A stretch of DNA of 64,000 nt from Balanoglossus misakiensis (lineage: Eukaryota > Animalia > Hemichordata). The notes under the pieces are model-generated. The model had not been told where the DNA came from and made no database searches. It was given only the letters and a program-made list of their open reading frames with translations. A program made the translations under genes and the position numbers. Positions 23,711-36,558 of this stretch are shown piece after piece. Every line of letters begins with the position of its first letter. The stretch's first letter is position 1. The DNA is taken from assembly GCA_040954595.2 (NCBI GenBank), contig CM082577.2, forward strand, positions 19,938,303 through 20,002,302, given 5' to 3'.

Positions 23711-24510
23711 AAAAATTGTGTCAAGGACACAGTGGTCCCATTTAGGGATTACACAAGAAAAAGTCTACACCGGAGTACATGGCCATATACAGACAGACAC
23801 ACACACACACACACATAGAGAGATCAATGGGCAAACACTGACTGGCCCATAAGCTGCCAATGGCATATGTAAGTTGTACATACACTAAATAGAACAGCTG
23901 GCCTCTTTAAAACTTAGCCAGTTCATTCAGGAATTTGCTGTGTAAATCAATCACACCGGGAACTTCCTGCCTAATTAAAACAACTCAATATTTAGTAAAT
24001 ACACACCACTTTGCAAAGCAATCTGACCAGAACTTCTTGAGTTACTGAGTTTTGACCAAATTCACATTTTACCAGCTAATTTGCATATTTTTGGCGATGA
24101 CAGAACCATTGCAAAGTGACATATATGAGTACAAGAAAAGGAAATATGCAGAAAGAAAGAAGTTTATGAAGTATAATGTTGACAAATTTCATTATGCTAC
24201 TTGTTTATTCCATCATCTGATGATGATTGTCACATCTGTAGTAGGTGTGACCGTGTTGACATATCTTAAAAAAATCGCGTCAAGGACACGGCGGTCCCAT
24301 TGATTTATTACACAAGAAAAAGTCTACACCGGAGTACATGGCCATATACAGACAGACAGACAGACACACACACATAGCGAGAGATCAATGGGCAAACACT
24401 GACTGACCCATAAGCTGCCAATGGCATGTGTACTGTACATACACCAAATAGAACAGGTGGTCTCATTAACAGTTAGCCAGTTATGTAAACATGCAGGAAT
24501 TTGCTGTGTT
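23711..24510 (+). mobile_element. Two 5' fragments of the GGTCCCATTTG HINE-like family (third at 61470-61635)
   Basis: GTCAAGGACAC..GGTCCCATT..TACACAAGAAAAAGTCTACACCGG repeats at about 23720 and 24280. Confidence 0.65.
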
Positions 24511-25152
24511 TACAAATGTCAGTGGGGTGTAGTGGTAATTGCTCCTTGTGAGATAAAATTGTGATATATTAAGTCAAAATATCCTACAAAAATAGCAGTT
24601 CCAAATTACCATTCTCGCCCCACCAGACTACGGATTTCTTTCGTTTCACTATCGAAATCACGTACTCTGGTTAAAATGGAGTACCGCGCTGGTATTTGAA
24701 CATATTGGTAATGCATATTCATGAGATGACATCATTATAATCTGGTATTTGAACATATTGGTAATGCATATTCATGAGATGACATCATTATAATCTGGCC
24801 AATCAAAGCCCGTCTCTCGAGGAGAGCTGGGACAATAGCACTTCCACACTGGAAGCCGCCATGTTGTTTAGAATGAGATGTAATGAGATGCGTGAATGGG
24901 ATGTAACAAGCAATCTGATTGGTTGTTGGGTGTACTATGAAAGCGCCTAGACCAAATACTGAATACATGGCCGTATTATACCACGGCCTTTTTGGGGGGA
25001 GCAGAGCGCTGCCGTAAAAGGGCCGTGGTTTGCGACGATGCAAATTACCTATGATATGATTCCATAATAATTCTAAAGAAGCCAATCCCATTAACTTACA
25101 ACTCAAATTTTAAAGTAATCAGCCATAAAGTGTACACTTTCGTTCTGAGAAA

Positions 25153-25247
25153 TACCGTAGTTGCCCGGGTAAGAACCCCTGCTCGGACAAACGCCTCCCC
25201 CTGGTTTTAGGGCCCATTTGTAGATCAAGGCCATATCCGGTCTAAAG

Positions 25248-25278
<31 letters not shown>

Positions 25279-25780
25279 CCGAATATCCATTAAATTCTTG
25301 GAAATTTAATAAAGTGCAATGCAAAAAAGGCGGATTTTCATCCCCAAAGTCACTAGAAGTGAAAAAAAAAAAGTATGATGATTTACTTTCGCGCTGATTA
25401 TCGTACCCACCGCGGCCGACTGGCCACGCTGAGTTATATATAGCCGCTCTAGAAAACATGACCTCAGACAGGTCCCTCGGGACCGTGCCTCGAATTCAAC
25501 GATCACGTAGATGGACGCGCTGCCGCGTGTGAGGTCACCGGGGAGCTTTCCAAAGCGGCCGCGTGGAGCTGCTTCAGTCCGTCCTCGACGCGAAACACCC
25601 AACATTGGAAGATCCCGACTTGGACTCGGAGAATGAACCACTCAAAAATTTGCATAAAAGTCGAGGTGGCCATCCCTCATTTGCATAAATCTCGAGGCCA
25701 TATCCGGGCTAAAGCCCCCCCTGTTTTTTCGCTAATCTGTTGGCCCAGCACCCGGGGCTCTTACCCGGGCAACTACGGTA
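25153..25780. mobile_element. Tc1/pogo-like MITE (TA TSD), same family as 5995-6892
   Basis: TACCGTAGTTGCCCGGGTAAG ... CTTACCCGGGCAACTACGGTA. Confidence 0.85.
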
Positions 25781-25784
25781 TAAT

Positions 25785-26604
25785 TTTTTTATCAAAATTG
25801 GAAAATTTGCCCCCGAAATACAACACATTGCTCCCACAAAACATTGACACTTTCATCATAGATTTTGTAAATCATCATCAAAACTCACCCAGGAACCTTC
25901 AAATCAAATTTCAAAGCAATGGGGTAGAGAGTTCTGAGATGAGTTTTGACCAAAAATATCAAAAATCACCCCAAAAATATACTATTGAATTCTTCACGTT
26001 GATTTGAAAAACATACATGCAAATCTTACTTGGGGGTACGCCTATGAACATGCCTACCAAATTTCAAAGCAATCTGACAAGCGGTTTTACAGAAAAACAA
26101 ATTTGATCAAATAGGCAAAAATTGCTCAAAACTTTGGAAACTCAGATCACCTATATGAAGCTCCATACTAAATTTCAAAGAAGTCGGCTGATCAATTCCA
26201 GAAAAGTAGATTTTTTACCAAAAATGTGGAAAAAGACAAAAATATGCATAAAAAATAGAAAATTCACACTATTAGCTCAAAACATACAGAGCTGTGTGAG
26301 GTTAATATAAGGTACATGCATATCAATTTTCAAATCAATATTACCAGTGGTTGTGAGTTTCTGAGTTTTGACCAAATTTGGGTTGTTCCCAGCTAATTTG
26401 CATATTTTTGGCAATAACAACTTCATTTGAAGAAGCTCCCATCTACAGCCCGCAATGCATCTGCACACCAAATATTGAGGTTATACGCGCAGCGGTTTTC
26501 AAGTTTTTGATGTGGACGGACATGCAGACATACATCCATCCATCCATACATACATATACACGCAACATAAGGTCCCATGGTATATTACATAACCAAATGG
26601 GACC
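25785..26604 (+). mobile_element. 3' portion of the GGTCCCAT/ATGGGACC HINE-like element (similar 3' portion at 51465-52068)
   Basis: Conserved core, an (CCAT/ACAT)n microsatellite and the terminal hairpin GGTCCCATGGT..ACCAAATGGGACC. Confidence 0.7.
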
Positions 26605-27051
26605 TTAAACCCCGGTGTGGGGTATAAAAAAAACCCAAATCAGTGGCGAATCTTAATGCTGGTTGACTGACAACAGACAACACCAACGATCTTGGCTCTA
26701 TGAAAATCGGCCCAAACAGGTCCAAGCATAAAGAATTACACCACACAACGACAGTAGTTGGCTTTATAAACACACACAACATAAAGTTATCGACGAAAAA
26801 GTACACGAGCTTTTGAAACAACGATGATTTTGGGAGAAATCTGGTTTCAGTGCTTTTCAGAAGCGTCCCTGGGAAACAATAACCATGCCATTCAAACAGC
26901 TGTCAATCGCGTAGAGGTGTAAAGTGTTCAATTATTTTCTGTGTACATGAGATCAATTACACAGTCATTATGCACGACGACCACTCCCAAATAAACAACT
27001 ATACAAACACACGTTAATCCGAACCCCGGTACTTTCCGCACCGGGGTTTAA
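26605..27051. mobile_element. TTAA-flanked MITE
   Basis: TTAA-ACCCCGGTG ... CACCGGGGT-TTAA. The same terminus begins at about 63982. Confidence 0.75.
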
Positions 27052-28205
27052 AATCAGCTGCTGAGGTACGGCTAAAAAATGTAAAAAATAGCGTCAATGA
27101 CACTTGGTGCTCTCTCAGTGTGTAGTGGATGATGAGCAGCATGTTTGGAGAACAGTGGTTTGGTATATGGGTGAAAGGAACAATTTGCAAACACCAAGGT
27201 GAAATGCTGAACTGTTTTGCTCAATGTAATATTGAATGCAGCCTGATAAGGTGCGTGCTTGGCAGGGGGAAAAACCACATGTCAAGGGCTCTAATAACTG
27301 TTTTAAACTTTGTCTTAAAAATGGCCCGCACACACAAATGGCCTCACACAAATATATTCTGTCATTTCCCTCTCAGATTTTGTATATTATGTTATACTGA
27401 TGGAATTCATTGTGTATTGTTGTATCAAATTGCACCAGTGCAAGGTATGAGAAATGCAATTTGAAAAAAAACAGTGCAAGTGGAAGTAACTACAATTGAA
27501 AGAAATACACTTTGAAAAAAAATATCAGCATTCAGGATCAGCTGAAGTGTTTTGATAAAAAGTTCTCCATTTTCAAGTATACAATGTCATGTGCTGATTA
27601 TAGTAGTGTAGGTGTTAGCAAAAAAAATACATGAATTGTTCAAACAGAAAGTTCAATCATTGATGGGAGCATAGAAGTTGTGAACATCGTATATGAAATA
27701 ATCATCTCTTGGCGATCGACGCACACCACGATAGCTGCACACTGTTTGTATGGAGGCTGATTAAATTTGTGCGGCACCTGTTTAATACATAGCGTGTTCA
27801 AATTGCAACATGCAGTCACAGTCGGGCATCGATAAGGTGTTCATGTATACCTATCAGTAAGCTTATTTAGATGGACAAATTTAAGTTGGAAAATAAAGTC
27901 ATGAAAATAATGCAAAAAGTGGCAGCTCTAGAGGCTTTAACCCAAGTCCACATGGACACTATGAACTTGGGTTTTGTTTTAATGGACTAGTGCATGTCAT
28001 GAGAACATGATTTTCTGTATAAAGGTAAGAAGGTCAACCTGAACCAATATTTCAAAACTGGTGAGACTAGAAAATATGAATTGGGAACTTGCTAAATTTT
28101 TGCAAGGTAATTATCACCAGTAGGGGTTTACTTTGATTTGTTTCAGATAGTAAACATCACCGAAATTTTTCATCAGTGTGCTTGAGACTGAATTGGCCTG
28201 AAGAT

Positions 28206-28352
28206 ATGGTCCCATGTATCATCAGAAAAATGGTCAAATTCGCAAAGGTGATATTATCACCACTAATATGTGTTGTGTTATACATCTTACTCCGTATGAT
28301 ACACTATAAATACATGAGACCCTGTATAGTAGCTGATGTTGCTTTTTCCAAG
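28206..28352 (+). CDS. SGNH/PC-esterase-like gene coding exon 1 (signal anchor)
   Basis: MVPCIIRKMVKFAKVILSPLICVVLYILLRMIHY..., preceded by the acceptor ttttcag at 28146. Confidence 0.7.
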
Positions 28353-31186
28353 GTAAGGATCAAAACTTATGACAGACCAAAATACTACTGCAGTTTATAT
28401 ATAATACAGAGACTTATAATACAGTAACTAAAATGAGCTCGCTTCAGTCTGAAGCGAGCTCATTTTAGTTACTGTACTATATAAACTGCAGTCCATATCT
28501 AGCTTACATGATTGATCCCCTGCCCTGGTCCATTACTGTAAAACACTTTATTTTCGCGAGCAATACATTTTTGCGAAATATGCGAGAGCCAAAATAGCGT
28601 GAAAATAAAAAGTCCAGTAATTTTTTTAAGATAACGATGCAGTGAATGAAATAAGAGAACGCGAAAATTAATACTCGCGAAAATAAAGTGTTTTACAGTA
28701 TGCATGTATGTATGTGTGTGTGTGTGTGTATGTATGTATGCATGTGAGGGTGTCCGTTAACTTAAATATTTTGAGAATTACCAAAATAGATACAAAGTTG
28801 AAATTTTGTGTGTTGATCGATGCACCATGGTCATACGCCCAGGCTTTTTTGTGTTTTTTTAATGATATTGTTGCAAATATGCAAATGAGCTTAACATTCT
28901 CATTTTTGGTCAAAAATCTTTTCCTCTGAAACTAGTCTAATTTGTTTGAAATTTGATATGCAGGTTCCTTTGGCAATCTGATTAAAATCTGTTGTTGAGT
29001 ACAGCAACGTCTTTTACTTGGTATAGGCTGTATGGTATTCTTATACTGTCACCTCACACTATGTCTGACCATCTCCCATAGAAGCTCACGTTTCAATCTC
29101 AAGTTCTTAAGCTGCCAATCAGATTGCATGTTACATCGATAACACTGGTCAACAAAAACAATCCAGTGTGAGGCAAGCATAAAAATACCCTACCATGTAA
29201 GTGAAAGACTTCGCCATACTTTACGTCTAATTTTAATCAGAGTAGTTATTCAAATGATGCCGAAATTTGCATATTCATGCTTGTCAGGCAAGTTTTGCTG
29301 GTTTTGGTTAAAAAAAGCCCCCTCTCTGAAAGCATTTGTCCGATTGCTTTGAAAATTGGGATGCAGGTACCTTGGGGTGACCTAAATGAAATGCAATCAA
29401 GTTGTGGTGAAATTTTCATATTTATACTTTTGGAACAATGTTTGCTGATTTAGGTTAAAAATCATTTTGAAACTGCTTGTCCCATTTCTGTGAAACTTGG
29501 TATGCAAGTTCCTTCAACTTCCTGGGGTGAAATTTGTTGAAATTGGTGTGAACGTTGCATATTTGTATATTTGGGACAATTTCTGCTTTAGATAGAAAAA
29601 TCTCCCATTTTTCTCAAAGTTGGTGTACATAAATAATCCTGGGGATGACTTTAATTCAATTTGAAAGCATAGTCATGTTTAGTGTGAATTTGTAGTGAAA
29701 TTTACTACTTTGAGTGTTAGTGATCTTAATTGAAGAATTAACTTGATAGTTCTAACAAACATCTTGCAACTTTGTTTATCTTATCTTTTTTGTTCTTCTG
29801 ATTTCACAGTTTGGTCTGAAATATGCTGCAACGGACAAAAGTATGTTGTGTAGTGCGGAAGACTATCCTGATATTTTTCAATTGGAAACACATGGTAGAG
29901 AGCTTCTGGAAGGGACTGCCTGCTTAAAAAATACATTTCTGGTGAAAGCAGTGTATTTCAATGGTACAGAATTGGCATGTCAACCTTGGGTTTTTATTCA
30001 GGGTCGTATTCTTGGCCCCAGCTTAGAAGTTTACCCAGGCATTGGGAAATATAACTTGTTTTTCAACAGTGTCAAAATAAGAAACATCAAAAATGGGCTC
30101 TTCCAGGTAACAGTGCCTGCTCTGAAAGAAGGTCAGTATTGGGTGGAACTGACGTTATCACATGCTTTTAGGGCATTAGGAAGTATGTACAATGAAGAAA
30201 CATACACAAATCCCAAGTGTGTTGGTTGTATTGACACTCCAGTAAACTTCACACCTGTTAAGATTATCCTGAGAGATCATGGTTTCTGTGGCGCATCACC
30301 AACACCACTGTGCAAAGAGACTAACAAACTCGGGAGATGGACAACGGTGCCACAGATTGGATGTGATGGATCTGTCTGTGAAGGGGACATCAATTACATT
30401 GCCAGTTCAGGCAGAGTTTGGGCACCTTATGACTGCCATTATAAATTATTTTCATCGGAAGAATTGAAAAAATGCACGGAAAATAAGAACATTTTGCTGC
30501 TGGGTGATTCAGTGATGCAGGAGATCGCTCATGATATTATGCAATTGAGTATGTATGTAAATGCATTACCTGGGATTGGTGAAATGGTTATGAAGGGAGC
30601 AATACTAGATCAGAGGGTGAAAGAGTGGCGACAGGTATGGGAGAATGGAGCTGACATAGTCATGAATTCAATTATGACACACCCTCTTGGTTGTGGGGTG
30701 TCTTGTGTAACAGACCTTTCAAATGAACAACTGCATGATATATTACCTGCTGAAGGAAAAATTGACCTGTTGCTTGTCAATACAGGTATACATGACATTG
30801 CACCTGTGGAAAGGACTACTCCAAAATACTATGATGTCTTTGCAAAATATGACCAATTGCTACCAGATTTCATTGAAAAAATGTCATTATTCCTAAAACC
30901 TAATGGTCGCGTTATTTGGATACTTCCTCCAGATCCTTCTGACCAATCAAGATGTGATTACCTCAGCCCACCTCGGCTCAAAACTGTCAGAGAAATTACA
31001 AAGAAACACTTACAGAACCACACCGAGATTGTTGTACTTAACTACTTTGATGTCTCTGAGAACTGTAATTGTGGAAATATTCACAAAGGATGCAGGTTTT
31101 TCCATTCCAATGAGGCTGATCAAAGCTACAATGGCTTTGTATCAAGAATGCTTACTCACATGATTTTAAATCATTACTGCCACTGA
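28206..31186 (+). CDS. Type II membrane SGNH/PC-esterase-fold protein (NXPE/TBL/CASD1-like putative O-acyltransferase or esterase), about 507 aa, 2 coding exons
   Basis: Exon 28206-28352 encodes a basic N-tail plus a hydrophobic anchor (VILSPLICVVLYILL), with donor AAG/GTAAGG. The phase 0 acceptor tttcacag at 29809 joins in frame to the 447-aa ORF containing WAPYDC..KCTENKNILLLGDS, NTGIHD and a C-terminal His. Confidence 0.8.
28385..28495. repeat. Palindrome of about 110 bp
   Basis: TACAGTAACTAAAATGAGCTCGCTTCAG-T-CTGAAGCGAGCTCATTTTAGTTACTGTA. Confidence 0.85.
28534..28700. mobile_element. Short Tc1/mariner-like MITE (TA TSD)
   Basis: TACTGTAAAACACTTTATTTTCGCGAG ... CTCGCGAAAATAAAGTGTTTTACAGTA. 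Confidence 0.85.
29810..31186 (+). CDS. SGNH/PC-esterase-like gene main coding exon
   Basis: Uninterrupted 458-codon frame with a GDS motif and Cys-rich segments. ATTAAA and AATAAA lie downstream. Confidence 0.88.
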   Translation, partial: FGLKYAATDKSMLCSAEDYPDIFQLETHGRELLEGTACLKNTFLVKAVYFNGTELACQPWVFIQGRILGPSLEVYPGIGKYNLFFNSVKIRNIKNGLFQVTVPALKEGQYWVELTLSHAFRALGSMYNEETYTNPKCVGCIDTPVNFTPVKIILRDHGFCGASPTPLCKETNKLGRWTTVPQIGCDGSVCEGDINYIASSGRVWAPYDCHYKLFSSEELKKCTENKNILLLGDSVMQEIAHDIMQLSMYVNALPGIGEMVMKGAILDQRVKEWRQVWENGADIVMNSIMTHPLGCGVSCVTDLSNEQLHDILPAEGKIDLLLVNTGIHDIAPVERTTPKYYDVFAKYDQLLPDFIEKMSLFLKPNGRVIWILPPDPSDQSRCDYLSPPRLKTVREITKKHLQNHTEIVVLNYFDVSENCNCGNIHKGCRFFHSNEADQSYNGFVSRMLTHMILNHYCH

Positions 31187-32642
31187 TTGTTTTTATTAAA
31201 ATGCTAAAATAGCTTTAATTATTTTTATTGATTGTGTTGAAGATTTTGTTTGTAAATCTACATATGCCACAAATATGAACCAATATAGCCTATACACAGC
31301 ATTTATTACATAAAATCATAAAATTGCTTGTTTTGTAATAAGGGACCAGCCATGGGAGTGCGATGGTACAAGATGGAAGAATCAGTGCTTGATCTTTGTG
31401 TCACTTTTGAAATTTCTATTATTTCTATTACATCACATGTTTCCAGTTTGTGTAAACTACCCCGCATACACCCCACCCCACCCCCGGCGGAACAGCTATA
31501 CATGTATCTATATCAACTAATAATTAATGCATGATGCAAGGGCAAGAAATAACAGCATATATATACTGCTCGATTGTGCAAAAACTCACACTAGGTCAAA
31601 TATAATAAAGATTTAATGTGACCATGCACACTTTATTACCATTTTCCCATACCTGTAATAGAATATAGTAAATCTGGTATGCACAGAGAAAGTTTTTGTT
31701 CTTGGGTGCTGTCATGTCAAAATCATGGGTCCAGGGTCAAATTGTACATTTAAGGTCAAAAGTCACTCGACTGTCAAGAACCTGGGTCACAAGGTACACA
31801 TCTTATCTAAAGATACTTGGTCAGAAGTCTACATGAAACACCACGAGATGGGAACAAGAACCTCACCAACTGTGTTGCCATGGACCACAGAGTTTGGACT
31901 GTATTGGATGTGATAGACGACAGTATACACATGATGACTGACAAAGAGGGCAACAGTGTATTTTGTTGACCGAGGGCGCTGCCAGTCAAAACTAAAACAG
32001 ACTGTTTTGGTGTGACTGGCAGTCCCGAGGTCATCAAAAATACACTGTTGCCCGAATATGTCAGTCATCATGTGTTTTGTAACACACCAAACACGACACA
32101 CACCACATCCAGGCAACAGTACTGGACAGAAACCGATCGAACTGATGCCCTAGGGAACAGTTCGAAATGACTAAGGTCACGTGACGGCATATTGACGAAT
32201 CACGATCGAGGGTTTGCTGCATGGTGTGTGTATAATACTTGTTCTTATACTTTTTTTAAAAGAGTTGAGAGTTAACTTGAATTTAATTTATGTTACGTTC
32301 CTAGACTTTTGAAAAAAGTCTGAGTGCAAAGGATGCCGACAATTTTCTTTTAGGATATTGCTCCCCACATTTTTATCTGTTCTGTTGCTTTATATTGTCC
32401 CCGTCACATAAACCTGGCAGATTCAACTATGTCTTTAAACATACACAATTCACTATCTTCAGTTTGGCATTATATGTTGCAATGAACTCTCAATGTCCGT
32501 TTAATAATTGTTTCTGCCCCTGCCCTGACTGTATTTTTGCAGTAGTGTCTGCATTGTGGGTTTCATTTTTCAATCTGTGGTGTGAATTCTTGCTTCTACG
32601 TCTGCGGTGAAATGTATCCCTCCATCTGGGCGTCTCTGGTGC

Positions 32643-33101
32643 TAGTCTCGGTTACCCAGACGCCTTTGCTCTTCCGATGCTCTCCAGAAAAAGGGTCTGG
32701 GGAAATGCTATTGAAAGCTTTGTAAAACAAAATGGCCGATGTCAGGATTTTGATCATCGCCTGATTGGCTGAGCTGTCTGTATGACCCGGGTCACTGCAA
32801 TAGTTTCGACAATCGTCTACCAAAGATATTTCATATAATTTCTCCAACAATGCTAACAGAGGACGCCTTTTGCCTTTCGCATCAACCAACAAGTACCGGT
32901 CTCTTGATATGAAGATACGACAAATAATCACACATTGTCGAGAGTCAGTGACCCGGGTCATACTGACAGCTCAGCCAATCAGGCGATGATCAAAATCCTG
33001 ACATCGGCCATTTTGTTTTACAAAGCTTTCAATAGCATTTCCCCAGACCCTTTTTCTGGAGAGCATCGGAAGAAGCAAAGGCGTCTGGGTAACCGAGACT
33101 A
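32643..33101. mobile_element. Academ(H)-like MITE with about 155-bp TIRs and 9-bp TSD
   Basis: TAGTCTCGG...CCGAGACTA flanked by CTCTGGTGC on both sides. Confidence 0.85.
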
Positions 33102-33677
33102 CTCTGGTGCAAGCATTGTTAGTTTCAAGGAGGTCATAGGGTCAAAACTGCAATACACGTGTGTAGCAATAAAAATCTTTTCAGTAAGAGTGACACTCCA
33201 GCCCTGTGCCCAGTAATTCTCTATTAGATACAGACTGTAAGATCTTTTCAACAGTATCTCATTTATTGCTGTCAAATGAAAATACATTGCAATTTAAGCT
33301 ATGACTGATATTTGAATACCTCGGTGTTTGTACAAGCTGGGAATTCACTCTTGCAATTTCTTCATTTACTCGTATTTGCATATGATTTCCCTTGGGACTC
33401 GAAATATAACCATCTATAAACAATGTGCTACATTTTGGATTATACAGTTATTACCCAATTTATGGGGCCATATTTGTAATGAAATTTACCAGACAGCAAT
33501 ATGTTTCAATGTCCTGATACTTTCCTGTTCAAAAAGATGCTGGCAGAATCTGGACCTCAGTTGATTAGAAGTATGCTTACAGTTAAAGTTCTTCTACTCC
33601 TCCTTGATTATAAACATAATCAAAAGAAAAGCACTAACTGTATATTGACTTCAAGCAGAGGATACCCATTACATGTA

Positions 33678-34325
33678 TTATTACACCTGACCTCACTCTG
33701 TATTCCGTACTCTTGATTGGCTGAGACCGTACCACGTGACATAGAAAAAAAACGTGATATAACATGGTTGACAGAATCTATGGCCCGTAGGGGATGCAGC
33801 ATGCAGTGAGGGGATATGGCCCGCTGGGAACAGGTTTTAGGTTCTGCGCATCTTTTGTGCGCATAACCAACTGTCGTTCAATGGCTTCCTTTACGATCAG
33901 TCAACTCCCGCATATATGGCTTCAAAGCGACACACATGAGGCTTAACACCTGTTCAACTAGACGATATTTTACTGCAAACGGGCAGTAAATACACCAAAA
34001 TCGCAACCAACAGCGCAGTATCCTCAAAATTATTTGAGTTCGAAGTAGGTATAGTTTTACATTCTCAGCAACGTACGACATGGATGCAACCCTACGTTCT
34101 TCTATGCTGCAGTGTATGTACGTTCAAATGTTGGGCGTAATAAAATTAATAACACATGCTGCTCAGGCAACATCACGATTTGAAGCCAGCCCGCGGGCTG
34201 GTCCTCTCTGACCATAATATTGATGATGCCCGAGCCACAGGCGAGGGTATCATCAATATTATGGTCAGAAATCACCATCCCTCGAGCAGGCTAGATATTG
34301 CCCTCGCTAACATGTGTTATTATTT
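33678..34325 (+). mobile_element. Asymmetric-IR plus terminal palindrome element
   Basis: TTATTACACC pairs with GGCGTAATAA, followed by a palindrome at about 34147-34323. A 5' fragment also occurs at about 61398-61468. Confidence 0.75.
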
Positions 34326-35596
34326 AATTATCACTCATCTCATCAGGGGTAATTATTAAAGGCTATTATCTTGTGGTTCAGTGTAATCAAAGTGGCTGCA
34401 GCTTTCTGCCAGATCCAAGATTAGACAGGATACATTCTAGACTACAGCATTGTTGACACCTGGTGATCTACTACATCTCAACTACCATATCAGAACAAAA
34501 TGTCAATCAGCTGCTTTATTGATTAGCTCCGTCATTTGGGCTTGCTAGCCCACTAAATAAATCTGTGAAGACCACAGTTTCCATCAGATCTGGGCAAGTG
34601 ATTGGAGAAGGCAGTTGATATATATATACTTCTTTTCTGGTTTATAAAAATTTGTTTCTCATTTGCAAGGCTTATATAAACTTGCAAACCTGACAGCAGT
34701 TTGCAAAGATGCACAGAACCCTGTAACCACAACATGCAGCCTTTCAAAAGTCACTATGCAATGGATCCTGAACAAATGTGCAAATGAACCCACATACAGT
34801 ACTCTCTGAGCATACTGAGCATCATAAAATGATGGTGATAATAAGATGTAATTCAAGTAAGAATGAGAGCCCTCATCACCAAGAAATGCATGTTACTATT
34901 CATGTTCATCTCCAATAGGGGAAAGGTAATTGGCATTTGCATTGAACAAGTGAAATTCACTTGAAATAAAGCAAGGTGGAAAAGAAGGTGAAGTCAATTA
35001 ATATGACACCATGACAACTTGAATGAGCTATTTGATTTTGAGACAATTACAGCAGTGATCTATTCTGTTATAGTTTGTCTTTCTTAGTTTCTGTATTTCA
35101 ACATCAGGACCAAAATTATGTTTCCTACTAAGAATGATCTTAGATCTATATATAGCTACTAATTATTACTAATTTTTAAATTATTTACATATTTAAGGCA
35201 ATTATACACATGAGTTGGTTTCTATCATTGGCAAGGTTCAAAACATGCCATGCTGCAAAATGTTACGTTTTCAATGTTTTTCTGTAGATTTCAGCCTCTT
35301 TGTTATATTCTAAATTTACGAACGTGAATCAAACGTGTGACGATCAATATAAACACGAGCTGCCGGGATCGAGCATTAAACATGAAGCAGACAACAAAAA
35401 GTGTTAAGACAGGCATCGCGCATGGCAAAGTGCCAAATATTACCACAGAGAAGTTCCAAAATAAAATCTCCCTAAAATTCAACAGTGTTTTTATTTTATT
35501 TATTTGGTTTAACCCATGCGATTGTGGGTCAACTGCACATTTTTGCTGCCGCAATGCGCATGCTAGTTCAGGGGCCCGTTTTAGCAGTGCTATATT

Positions 35597-35885
35597 TAAG
35601 CAATAAAACACCCCCAGCCATGGTATACCACGAGATTTTGACCAGTTCACGACATATACAGAGTTGAACTGGTCAAAATCGAGTGGTATACCATGGCTGG
35701 GGGTGTTTTATTGCTATTATATTATGCCAGTATATTGAAACTTTGCATAAAACATTTTAAAAAGGCATTTTCTTTGACTATGATATATGACTGTGGTATA
35801 TGACTAATATATCACAGTCACGTGTCGTGTCTCGACCAATAAAATAGCGTGATTTACACCATCAATATACTGGTATAATATAATA
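35597..35885 (-). mobile_element. Asymmetric-IR plus terminal palindrome element, nested in a related element
   Basis: Palindrome 35599-35715, then ATTATGCCAGTATATTGA pairing with TCAATATACTGGTATAAT. Confidence 0.75.
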
Positions 35886-36439
35886 TAATTCGTATTTTAG
35901 TATCGCTGGATTGAGCTCTCGTCCAATCAGAATGGCAGATGGTAGCATAATATAATATAATTGATAATACATGTAATATAATTGACTCTGTGTTCTAATT
36001 TCCATGTACATCACAGAACTCTGTGGATTACAGCAGCATGTGTAATAATATGAGCTTATTATTGACAAAATATCAACTTTGTTGCAACTGCATACTCTGT
36101 ATGTACATGTACATGTACCTACAAGTTAAAATATTGGTAACAATGGCGAGGTGAGGACCAACAAAACATTTTGCAATCTGGAAAACATTTGTGACAACTT
36201 CTCAATATAAATCTTGACTTGAAAAGTTTTCTCATATATCTCTTATATTTCATTTGGAACACTACAGATTATAGCTTCAAAAGCTAGAAGACAGTTACTA
36301 TCTTTAAGCAATTTCACAAATAGTGTAGTAGTGATAACAAAAAAACTGCTAAATTACAGTAAATATTTTCTAATATTTTTCAAGTTATCCAGATATTGTT
36401 AATTCCTCCAATTCAAGTTTCTATTTTGAAATTACTCAG

Positions 36440-36558
36440 CTACAACTTCTTGACAACTTTATGAAATGCCTCCATGACGATATCAACATGGTGCTTTTGG
36501 AAGATCAAAGTTGGTCGAAACCGTATTGTCCTCTCTCCACAACTTCCAAGATGAATGC
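36440..36558 (-). CDS. ABAT: ABAT last coding exon
   Basis: [39 protein letters not shown]-stop(TAG). Confidence 0.92.

Noticed and set aside
24689-24797. Perfect tandem duplication of about 52 bp with octamer-like and TGACATCA motifs as an enhancer
   Set aside because: It is a simple local duplication in repeat-derived sequence, and such motifs are ubiquitous in the TEs here.
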